Shown piece by piece: positions 1-7,387 of a stretch of 21,655 bases of DNA. The translations under genes were made by a program, and so were the position numbers. This DNA is from Archangiaceae bacterium (GTDB lineage Bacteria; Myxococcota; Myxococcia; Myxococcales; Myxococcaceae), in assembly GCA_043750125.1 (NCBI GenBank), contig JAYVCD010000174.1:1-21655 (forward strand), in the 5' to 3' direction. The notes under the pieces are model-generated. The model ran no database searches and was not told the origin of the DNA. It saw nothing but the letters and a program-made list of their open reading frames with translations. Each line of letters begins with the position of its first letter. Positions within the stretch are counted from its first letter, which is position 1.

Positions 1-1
1 C

Positions 2-250
2 GCTGCTCTTCCCCTTCACCCTGCCATCCGAAAATCGCAGCGTGCGCTGCAATGGGCTTTAAGGGGCGGAGAGGACTACCAGCTGCTGGTGACAGCCTCC
101 CCCCGCCACGCCGTTCGGCTCGGCGCCGCCTTCACCTGCATCGGGGAAATCAAAAAGTCCCGTGGCCTCACCCTCGATGGAGCCGCGATTTCACCCTCGG
201 GGTTTGATCATTTCCGTCGGTCATTACCGGGGAAAAGTAACCGCACCTGA
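2..250 (+). CDS. thiL: Thiamine-monophosphate kinase, C-terminal fragment (5' end outside window)
   Basis: Manual translation of frame +2: AALPLHPAIRKSQRALQWALRGGEDYQLLVTASPRHAVRLGAAFTCIGEIKKSRGLTLDGAAISPSGFDHFRRSLPGKSNRT*, TGA at 248-250. ALxGGEDY(E/Q)LL, the IG strand and terminal GFDHF are ThiL hallmarks. Not in the ORF track. Confidence 0.92.
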   Translation, partial: AALPLHPAIRKSQRALQWALRGGEDYQLLVTASPRHAVRLGAAFTCIGEIKKSRGLTLDGAAISPSGFDHFRRSLPGKSNRT

Positions 251-310
251 CAGAACCTCCGCAAAACAATGGCTCGCCGATGGTGAGAATTGGCACACAC
301 CCTCTTCTCG

Positions 311-871
311 ATGCGACTCCTCGAAGCCATCAAGTCGTTGAATCCGCTGACCCTGCTCAGCCGGTCTCCTGCGGCACGTGCGACTTCCGCTTTGCGCGCG
401 GGAGCCACCCTCGAAGAAGTGATGCGGGTCGCGTCCGAGGGCATCGCGAAGCAGGCGGTCCGCGAGGCCCTCGACGAGTTTTCCGATGGCCCGGCCGCTC
501 TGTTGATCACCTGCGTGATCGAAGCTTCTGCCGCCGGGTGGGACCTGCTGGCCAGCCAGCTTCTTGCGTCCCACCGCTTGCCCCGCGAAGGCTCGGCATG
601 GGTCGCCGCGCGAATGACCGATTACGGCCACTCGCTGGCGGGCGACTTGATGTCCCAGCATTTGATCAACCTCGTCCTGTCCATGACGGGGCTGCACGTC
701 GAAGCCCTGGTTCTCACCCGTGCGGATGTCGACGCCCGTAGGCTGACCGTGAAGCTCGCCGAGCTGCTCAAGCAGGGGCTGTCGAGCGGTGTGTCGCGCA
801 CCCACCTCGCCCAGACCCTCAACTCGAGCCGCACCGCCCGCCGTTTTGCGACCCGACTGTCCGGAAGCTGA
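311..871 (+). CDS. Hypothetical protein, Ala/Leu-rich, likely all-helical
   Basis: ORF 290..871; ATG at 311 preferred over TTG at 290. It fills the gap between thiL and the lipase on the same strand, with GC-rich third positions. No motif recognised. Confidence 0.7.
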   Translation: MRLLEAIKSLNPLTLLSRSPAARATSALRAGATLEEVMRVASEGIAKQAVREALDEFSDGPAALLITCVIEASAAGWDLLASQLLASHRLPREGSAWVAARMTDYGHSLAGDLMSQHLINLVLSMTGLHVEALVLTRADVDARRLTVKLAELLKQGLSSGVSRTHLAQTLNSSRTARRFATRLSGS

Positions 872-874
872 CGC

Positions 875-903
875 TTCACGCCGGCCGCAGAAGTGGCGAT
901 AAT
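875..903 (+). promoter_or_regulatory. Candidate sigma70-type promoter for the lipase gene
   Basis: TTCACG (875-880), 17 nt spacer, GATAAT (898-903), 10 nt before the ATG at 914. Confidence 0.35.
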
Positions 904-913
904 CGGCGAATCC

Positions 914-1897
914 ATGCCGAAAATTGCTTTCAGCAACCCCCTCGACAACCTCAAGAAGATTGGCGGGAAACTCCACAAGGCCGTCGATAAAGTCTCGGCC
1001 CGCGTGCAGACCGAGGTGTTTGACGGGCCATTGGGCAAGGTGCTCGCTGAGCCCCCGAAGAAAGGGTGGGTGGCCAGGGAGATCAAGAATCTGGGGCTGA
1101 CGGCGTTCACGCCGGCGCCGCCCCCTCCGGTGCTGAAGCGCCCGGTGGTGATGATCACCGGCTTGACGATGCAGGCCGCCTCGTACGACCCGCTGGCCCG
1201 GCACCTCGCCTCCAACTCGGCCAACGGAAAGGTCGCCGTCTTCGTCGTCGCCGACGGCAAGTTCCATGACGGCAGCGTCGGCGGAAAAGTGCTGACCGAT
1301 GCACAGGCCACGAAAACCAAAATGTTTCAGATTCAGTACACCGACGTGAAGGGAGCCCCCTCGGAAAAAGAGCCCCAGCTCGAGTACGCCTTCCGTGCGA
1401 TCAAGCGCGTGACTCAGGCGCCCGCGCTGGACGTAGTGGCCCACTCGGCGGGGTGCACCGACTTCCGGCTGTACCTCGACCAACGGCCGGCTGCCGACAA
1501 GAGCATCGGGATCAACGAAGCGGTGTTCATCGGGCCGGCTTCGCACGGGACCTTTATGGGCAATGTCGGCGACGCCGTGGGTCGACCGATCGGCGTCGAG
1601 AAAGCCGGCGCGGAGCTCGAGATGGGAAGCCCGCAAATCAAGCGGCTCAACGACACGTGGGCGGGGCAACGCAGCCAGGTCAAAGGCCTCGTCACCATCG
1701 TCGGAATTTCCGGAGCGCCCACTCCGGGCCAGGGCGGGTTGTCGAACGGCGACGGGTTCATGCCGGTCAATCAGCTCGACCTGCCCAATGCCCGCATCAT
1801 CGTTCTCAAGGGCAGCGATCCGACACCGCTCGCCCACCTGATGGAAGTCGGCTACTCGGGCGTGATCGCCGAAGTGCAGAAGCGGCTCGCGCAGTAG
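914..1897 (+). CDS. Alpha/beta-hydrolase, lipase/esterase family
   Basis: RPVVMITGL (oxyanion-hole strand), nucleophile elbow DVVAHSAG, GPASHGT, candidate Asp in NGDGFMP and His in LAHLME. ATG 914 chosen over GTG 893. Confidence 0.85.
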   Translation: MPKIAFSNPLDNLKKIGGKLHKAVDKVSARVQTEVFDGPLGKVLAEPPKKGWVAREIKNLGLTAFTPAPPPPVLKRPVVMITGLTMQAASYDPLARHLASNSANGKVAVFVVADGKFHDGSVGGKVLTDAQATKTKMFQIQYTDVKGAPSEKEPQLEYAFRAIKRVTQAPALDVVAHSAGCTDFRLYLDQRPAADKSIGINEAVFIGPASHGTFMGNVGDAVGRPIGVEKAGAELEMGSPQIKRLNDTWAGQRSQVKGLVTIVGISGAPTPGQGGLSNGDGFMPVNQLDLPNARIIVLKGSDPTPLAHLMEVGYSGVIAEVQKRLAQ

Positions 1898-1904
1898 CCT
1901 CGAG

Positions 1905-2491
1905 CTACAGCGCCGCAGCGAACGCCACCACCCTGCGAGCGAATCCGCGCGGATCATCCAGAAACGGACTGTGCCCCCAATGGGCGGGCCGTTCGATCAC
2001 CGAATGGGCTGGGGGGAAGAATCCGCTCTGCCCCGCCCCGCAACAACAGCACAGGCATCGCCAACGCCTGCAGTTGCCCCGGAATGAACAGCTGGGACAG
2101 CGACATTCCGTCGAGGACAGCGAGCGTCTGCGGCAGCTTGAAGTAGCGGCGCAGCCCCACCGCGTACAAGTGGCGAATCCGGCTGCGGCGCGCAAACAGC
2201 GCGTCTGCGAAGTCGAGCGCATCGTTGTGACTCGAAAGTCGAAACCGTTCGCGCAGCACCGGAAGCTCTTCGGCCCCCATCGAGGCCCCGGCGGGCGAAG
2301 CCAACACCAACCCCAACACTTTTTCAGGGCGCGCGAGCGCGTAGCGAATCGCGGTGTAGCCCCCCAGCGAATTTCCACACAGCACCCACAGCAATCGCGC
2401 CACCGAGCTCGACATGAAGGTGCGCGGCGCGGTGCAGGCGCAGCTCGAAGTGCTCCGCCAGGAACAGCGCCACCCCCCGAAGAACGGCCAC
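1905..2491 (-). pseudogene. Disrupted alpha/beta-hydrolase (fragments in three frames)
   Basis: Core with VLCGNSLGG...LVLASPAG...PVLLLRGGAERILPP lies in frame 1954..2415. The catalytic-His end PAHSVIERPAHWGHSPFLDDP...AAAL* lies in the +1 frame (stop 1905), switching at a C6 run (2011-2016). A putative N-terminal piece starts at GTG 2491 in a third frame. The N-terminal half of the fold is missing. Confidence 0.75.
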
Positions 2492-2859
2492 TAGATGGGG
2501 CCGTAGATTTCGATGTGCCGAGCCACCGCCAACTCATCGGCGACATCGAGCTCGACGAAGCGAACGTGAAAATCGAGGTCTCGACCCTGCTCGAGCACCC
2601 GAATGATTTCTGCCTTCGCGCGGATTTCTTTGGGCACTCCGGGAAGCCGAAATCGCACTTCGACCAGGGTCCCGAACGCAGGCTCCTGGCCCTTCCAATG
2701 AATTCCTCCGACCGACAGGTCTCCTTCGCGTTGAAGGTAGCTGCCGGCCTCGGAAGAGTTGCGAATGAGGAACGTCATCGGCACCCGCGGGCTGTTTCGC
2801 CGTTCGTCGCCGCGCTGCTCGGCGCTCACTGCAACCCTGCTCTTGCGCCGCTCACCCAT
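2491..2859 (-). CDS. Single-domain PilZ protein (putative c-di-GMP receptor)
   Basis: RxxxR (RNSPR) and (D/N)xSxxG (DLSVGG) motifs, followed by VEVRFRLPG...AEIIRV...VRFVEL beta-barrel pattern. Start overlaps the PNP stop by 8 nt. Confidence 0.9.
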   Translation of the reverse strand: MGERRKSRVAVSAEQRGDERRNSPRVPMTFLIRNSSEAGSYLQREGDLSVGGIHWKGQEPAFGTLVEVRFRLPGVPKEIRAKAEIIRVLEQGRDLDFHVRFVELDVADELAVARHIEIYGPI

Positions 2860-3706
2860 GGGCAGTGACCTCGACGATGAAGCGACCCAACAGCCGCATG
2901 AAGACGTCCTTGACCTGGTGGGCGGTCTGCGAAACTTCGTCGTGAGACAAGGGCTCGGTGCCCAGGCCCGCGGCGAGGTTGGTGATGCAGCTGACTCCGA
3001 CGACTTTGACGCCCATGTGCGAGGCGACGATTACCTCGGGGACGGTCGACATTCCGACCGCGTCAGCGCCCAGGGTCCGCAGCATCCGGATTTCGGCCGG
3101 GGTCTCGTAGGACGGCCCCGACAGCTGCGCGTAGACTCCGCGTCGCAGGACGATGCCTTCCTTCTGGGCACACGACTCGAGCAGCGCCAGCAGCTTCGGC
3201 TCGTACGCATGGCTCATGTCCGGAAAGCGCGGCCCCAGCTGTTCCTGGTTGGGCCCGACCAGCGGGTTCCACCCCGAGAGGTTGAGGTGATCGCTGATCG
3301 CCATCAAGTCACCGACCTTGAAGCCCGAATTGATTCCTCCGGCGGCGTTGGTCACCGCCAGCACGGAGGGCTTGAAGCTGCACAGCACCCGCGCGGGAAA
3401 GGCGACCTGCCAGGGCGCGAAGCCCTCGTAGAAATGCACCCGGCCCTGCATCGCCATCACGCTGTGCCCCTTGAACTTCCCGAGCACCAACCGCCCAGCG
3501 TGGCCGGGGACCGAGGAAATGGGAAAGTTCGGCAGCTCGGCGTACGGAATGGCCACCCGGTCGGTGAGCGTGTCGGCAAAGCCCCCGAGGCCGCTGCCGA
3601 GAATCAGCGCCACGCTCGGCTGGAAGCCCGGAGCCAACCCCTTCACCACCGCCGCGCACTCGTGCACCAGTGAGTGAAGGCGTCCTTCCGCGAGGGGAAT
3701 CGTCAT
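2852..3706 (-). CDS. punA: Purine-nucleoside phosphorylase, trimeric (PNP-I/XapA) family
   Basis: LILGSGLGG, VPGHAGRL, MQGRVHFYEG, TNAAGG, GPSYETPAE, AVGMSTVPE, ITNLAAG (Asn typical of 6-oxopurine specificity). True start taken as ATG 3706. Confidence 0.95.
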   Translation of the reverse strand: MTIPLAEGRLHSLVHECAAVVKGLAPGFQPSVALILGSGLGGFADTLTDRVAIPYAELPNFPISSVPGHAGRLVLGKFKGHSVMAMQGRVHFYEGFAPWQVAFPARVLCSFKPSVLAVTNAAGGINSGFKVGDLMAISDHLNLSGWNPLVGPNQEQLGPRFPDMSHAYEPKLLALLESCAQKEGIVLRRGVYAQLSGPSYETPAEIRMLRTLGADAVGMSTVPEVIVASHMGVKVVGVSCITNLAAGLGTEPLSHDEVSQTAHQVKDVFMRLLGRFIVEVTAHG

Positions 3707-3767
3707 GAACGAAAAAGGATACACACCTTCGGGGGTGGCAATCGGTTTTCCGTCCCCTTTTGAGAAG

Positions 3768-4691
3768 TCAACGGGCTCGAATGCCCGGCACCGGGGCGGT
3801 ATTGACCGCGCTTTCGATGACCCGGCGCACCTCTCCCTCGCACCGGGGTTCCTTTTCCGCCGGGCACGCCGCAGCGACCCGCACCACCCACGCGCTGTTG
3901 CCCGCTTCCCACCGGCGCCAGCGCACCGGGTTGGGGCTGCTGTCCGAGTCGAGCAGCACGTCGCCCGCGGCCGTTTCTCCCCAGGCGTCCTGGGCGATGT
4001 CCCACGAGGCGGGCTCGGCCAGGCGCCCGGAGGCATGAAACGCGTGCTCGAGCGTCTCGTGCACCAGCGCCGCAGCGTCTGGCTTCGGGCGCCGGCGTTC
4101 GATTCGGTACAGCAGGGTGGAAGCGGGGCCCGGACCCACCGGCTGCATCACCAGCGTTCGGCGATCCAACGAGAATTCGAAGTGTTGCCAGTTGGGAATC
4201 AGCAGCCGCATTCCGGCCGCGTTCAATTCTCCCCGCGCGTTCGACAGCGCCAGTTCCGGAGCCTCGCGCCAGGCGGAGATCAACCCGCCAATGCCCGCGA
4301 AGAGCGCGTCCCACCGTTCGACCTCGCCCCCGGGCCCGTCCAGCAGCCACCCGCTGTCGGGCGTCACGTCTGCGGATCCTCGATAGACGCGAGGCAGCAG
4401 CGTCACCCGAATCGCCCCGCCTTCCTGCGACACGCTGGCCGCCCACCCCCGCCCCAGCCCGTCGGGCAGAACCACGACCTGGGTGACGAAGGTCCCCGCG
4501 CGGGGGTCGCTCTCGCCCACCGCCCAGCCCGCCGCCTCGAGCGTCAGCCAGGTGGCATCGTAGACTTCGTCGAATGCACCGACCATCGAACGGCTGGCGC
4601 GGGACTGCAGCTGAACCGGGCTGAGGCTCGCCGGACCGCGCGGGGCGCAGCACGCCAGCGCCAGAAGCAGGGCCGCTCCGCGCGAGCTCAA
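3768..4691 (-). CDS. Hypothetical lipoprotein (307 aa)
   Basis: TTG at 4691 overlaps the icd TGA (TTGA). It is followed by SSRGAALLLALACC (short hydrophobic stretch and lipobox-like LALAC) and a globular Trp-rich sequence. Upstream part of track ORF 3768..5069 is off-frame overlap with icd. Confidence 0.75.
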   Translation of the reverse strand: MSSRGAALLLALACCAPRGPASLSPVQLQSRASRSMVGAFDEVYDATWLTLEAAGWAVGESDPRAGTFVTQVVVLPDGLGRGWAASVSQEGGAIRVTLLPRVYRGSADVTPDSGWLLDGPGGEVERWDALFAGIGGLISAWREAPELALSNARGELNAAGMRLLIPNWQHFEFSLDRRTLVMQPVGPGPASTLLYRIERRRPKPDAAALVHETLEHAFHASGRLAEPASWDIAQDAWGETAAGDVLLDSDSSPNPVRWRRWEAGNSAWVVRVAAACPAEKEPRCEGEVRRVIESAVNTAPVPGIRAR

Positions 4692-5695
4692 AGCGCGCTG
4701 ATGATCGCCTGGGTGAACTCGGCGGTGGTCGCCGTGCCTCCCAGATCTCCGGTGCGAACCTTTCCCTTCGAGTACACCTTGAAGACCGCCTTCTCGAGCG
4801 CTCGCGCCAGCGGCGCCAGGGCGAGCCAATCGAGCATCATCACCGCCGACATCACCATCGCGGTCGGGTTGGCGATGCCTTTCCCCGCGATGTCCGGGGC
4901 CGACCCGTGCACCGCTTCGAACATCGCAATCGAGGCCCCGATGTTGGCACCGGGCACCAACCCCAGACCGCCGACCAGGCCGGCGCACAAATCGCTGACG
5001 ATGTCGCCGTAGAGGTTTTCCATCACCATCACGTCGTAGCGGGCAGGGTCTTTGACCAGCTGCATGCACAGCGCGTCGACGATGACTTCTTCGGCCTGAA
5101 TGGTGGGAAAGTCGCGCGCCGCCCGTCGAAAGCAGTCGAGAAACAGCCCGTCCGACAGCTTCATGATGTTGGCTTTGTGCACCGCGGTGACCTTCTTTCG
5201 CTTCATCTGCACGGCGTGCTCGAAGGCGAACCGGCAGATGCGGGTGCTGGCTTTCTCGGTGATGATCTTCAGGCTCTCGACGACGCCCGGGACCACCACG
5301 TGCTCGATGCCCGAGTACAGGTCCTCGGTGTTTTCGCGGACCACGATCAGGTCCACGTCCTCGTAGCGGGTCTTCACGTTCGGCACCGACTTGATCGGTC
5401 GCAGGCTCGCGTAGAGGTCCAGGCGCTTGCGGATGCCGACGTTGGCGGACACCAGGCCTCCTCCGATCCCGGTGGTGGTGGGGCCCTTCAACCCGACTCC
5501 ATTTCGCATCACCGATTCGATGGTCACGTCGGGCAGGTTGGTGCCGTGGCGGCTGACCGTCTCGGCTCCGGCGTCCTGGTATTCGAATTCCAGCGGAGCC
5601 TTGAGCGCCTCGAGCACCGCGCGGGTCGCCCCCACCACCTCGGGGCCGATGCCGTCACCGTTGATCAGCGTCACCTTGCGAACGCGGTCAGTCAT
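4688..5695 (-). CDS. icd: Isocitrate dehydrogenase, probably NAD+-dependent (IDH/IPMDH family)
   Basis: GDGIGPEV, SANVGIRKRLDLYASLRP (Ser/Asn/Arg isocitrate-binding pattern), RENTEDLY, HKANIMK, NLYGDIVSD. HGSAPDIAG has Asp-Ile (NAD type) rather than Lys-Tyr (NADP type). Start is ATG 5695 or 5707. Confidence 0.9.
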   Translation of the reverse strand: MTDRVRKVTLINGDGIGPEVVGATRAVLEALKAPLEFEYQDAGAETVSRHGTNLPDVTIESVMRNGVGLKGPTTTGIGGGLVSANVGIRKRLDLYASLRPIKSVPNVKTRYEDVDLIVVRENTEDLYSGIEHVVVPGVVESLKIITEKASTRICRFAFEHAVQMKRKKVTAVHKANIMKLSDGLFLDCFRRAARDFPTIQAEEVIVDALCMQLVKDPARYDVMVMENLYGDIVSDLCAGLVGGLGLVPGANIGASIAMFEAVHGSAPDIAGKGIANPTAMVMSAVMMLDWLALAPLARALEKAVFKVYSKGKVRTGDLGGTATTAEFTQAIISAL

Positions 5696-5736
5696 GGCCG
5701 CTGCCATACCATGCAGAGGCGGCTACCATTGCCCCC

Positions 5737-6990
5737 ATGGATGCCGCCTTGCTGCGGTTGCTGGAGAAAATCGAAGAGGGAGAGCCACTCGCCGACGCCG
5801 AGCTCGAACAGCTGTCGTCTTTTGCCCGAAAAGACGGGGGACGGGTGCTGAGGACCGCGCTGGCCCAGGCGTTGCTCAACAGCGACGCGGTGTCCGAAGC
5901 GATGGCCTTGCTCGAAGCGCTCGAGCGCGACTTCCCCCACGATGTCCAGGTCGCCCTCGCCCGCGCCCGGGCCCTCGTGTCGCAAGAGCGCTACGCCGAG
6001 GCCGAGGCCCCGCTTCAACACGCGCTGCGGTTGAACCCTGATGACCCCGAAGCGATGAAGGCGCTGGCGGTGTTGTCGATGCGACGGGGAGAGATTCCCC
6101 GCGCGCGCGATTTGATCCACCAGGTGCTCCTGGTTGACCCGTTCGATTCCGAGGCTCAGCAGTTGTCCGCCGAGCTCGACGCGCCGGGCGAGCTTCACGC
6201 GCAGAGCATCCCGCTGCTGAAGGACTTCACCGCCCGCCTGGTCAAGCAGCTGACCGCGCAGTCCACAGCGCACCTGATGCAGAAAGACCAGCTGCTGGTG
6301 CGCCTGGGCAAAGGGGGCGTCGCGCGCCTGGACCTCAAGTCGCTCTACCGGGGCTTCCTCGACGGTCCCAACAATCTGGACATCGCGGTCGAAGCGCTCG
6401 CCCGCGAGCTCGCCGAACGGACCCTGGGAATTCCCCCCGGGCGACTGCCGCTGCTGGCCACCGCACTGCCGGTGGTGCGCGACTCGACCTTCCTCGAACG
6501 TGCGGTCGGAGCGGCCCACCGCGAAGGCCCCGCCGGGCTGCTCTTCTTCTACGCCCTCAAAGACCCCGAGCTGGTCCGCTACATCCCCGAAGGAGCGCTG
6601 CGCAGCCACCGGATTTCGCTCGAGGAGCTCGACACCGCCGCCTGGAAGAACCTGGCCGCCGAAGTGCCTTCGCTGCGCGCGATCGAGCTCGAAATGGGGG
6701 CGCTGAGGCTCGCGGCCAGCCCCACTGGGCTGTGGGCGATCGCAGTGTCCGATGGCCATGACGCAGCGCGGCTGCTCTGCCTTCCGCTGCAGCGGGTGCT
6801 GGAAGAAAAGGTCGGAACAACGCCGCTGCGGGTCTACCTCGGGCTTCGGGAACTGGTGCTGTTGTGCAGGGCGGACGATGCGCAGAACGTCGAGAAGCTT
6901 CAGGGGCTCGAGGCCTCGGCCGATGGCATCCCGGGGGCATTTTCAATGTCCGCAGGCCGGCTGAGTCGACTTGATGAATGGGAAAAGTGA
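5737..6990 (+). CDS. TPR-repeat protein with C-terminal DUF1444/YtpQ-like domain
   Basis: TPR patterns (ALARARALVSQERYAEAEAPLQHALRLNPDDPEAMKALA). C-terminal LPVVR...FYALKDPELVRYI...LEELDTAAWKNL...DGHDAARLL resembles YtpQ-family DGYDASRIL and AxxNL motifs. Confidence 0.8.
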   Translation: MDAALLRLLEKIEEGEPLADAELEQLSSFARKDGGRVLRTALAQALLNSDAVSEAMALLEALERDFPHDVQVALARARALVSQERYAEAEAPLQHALRLNPDDPEAMKALAVLSMRRGEIPRARDLIHQVLLVDPFDSEAQQLSAELDAPGELHAQSIPLLKDFTARLVKQLTAQSTAHLMQKDQLLVRLGKGGVARLDLKSLYRGFLDGPNNLDIAVEALARELAERTLGIPPGRLPLLATALPVVRDSTFLERAVGAAHREGPAGLLFFYALKDPELVRYIPEGALRSHRISLEELDTAAWKNLAAEVPSLRAIELEMGALRLAASPTGLWAIAVSDGHDAARLLCLPLQRVLEEKVGTTPLRVYLGLRELVLLCRADDAQNVEKLQGLEASADGIPGAFSMSAGRLSRLDEWEK

Positions 6991-7160
6991 AGCGGAGCCC
7001 GCCGCGCACCGACCGAGCTCCGCTTCGAGGCGACGCTGACTTCATTTCGAGGAATGCGCCGCAGGGACAATAAGTCCTGCGGCATGCCTTCCCGTCGCGC
7101 CTGCCCAACCAAAGAACAGGCGACATTTCGAGGGCATTTCCCGAAGGGAATTATTCGAGC
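6989..7160. other. Structured intergenic region: four successive hairpins and a 10-bp direct repeat
   Basis: GAAGCGGAGC/GCTCCGCTTC (6989-7026); GCCGCAGG-g-AC aataa GT-CCTGCGGC (7058-7083); GTCGcgCCTG/CAGGCGAC (7094-7124); TTCCC gaa GGGAA (7138-7150). CATTTCGAGG occurs at 7043-7052 and 7124-7133. Confidence 0.6.
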
Positions 7161-7172
7161 AATACTTTCCAG

Positions 7173-7385
7173 ATGGTCAAACTCCTGGTTGCCGTGATTG
7201 CCTTCGCCACCGTCAGCTACCTCGCGTACGCGGCCCTGAACAAGACGAAGCTGGAAACGGCCGAGGACCGCGTCGCGCATGCCCCGAAGCGGCAGCTCGA
7301 CAACGTCCGGGCGAAGGCCAAACAGTTCGAGCAGGACGATGAGCAGCGGGCCAAAGAAATCGAAACGAAGACCGCCGGGGAGTGA
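7173..7385 (+). CDS. Small protein with N-terminal TM/signal helix and charged helical tail
   Basis: MVKLLVAVIAFATVSYLAYAAL hydrophobic helix, then PKRQLDNVRAKAKQFEQDDEQRAKE. Converges on the monooxygenase stop with a 2-nt gap. Confidence 0.8.
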   Translation: MVKLLVAVIAFATVSYLAYAALNKTKLETAEDRVAHAPKRQLDNVRAKAKQFEQDDEQRAKEIETKTAGE

Positions 7386-7387
7386 TT

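Noticed and set aside
291-305. TGGCAC, a perfect sigma54 -24 box before the orphan gene
   Set aside because: The -12 position reads CT rather than GC, and the implied TSS would fall after ATG 311.
2005-2022. Programmed +1 frameshift at CTT-CCC-C in the hydrolase
   Set aside because: A shift alone would not restore the missing N-terminal half or the short acid-to-His spacing; decay or misassembly is simpler.
3707-4036. Long N-terminal extensions of track ORFs (PNP 3707-4036; likewise 15182-15259, 17807-17989, 12582-12617)
   Set aside because: They overlap neighbouring genes or promoters and precede family-typical N-termini or signal peptides.
6989-7160. Known riboswitch (cobalamin, c-di-GMP), tRNA or CRISPR array as the explanation of the hairpin region
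   Set aside because: Only short GGGAA-type matches. No full consensus, no cloverleaf or T-loop, and only two copies of a 10-bp repeat.
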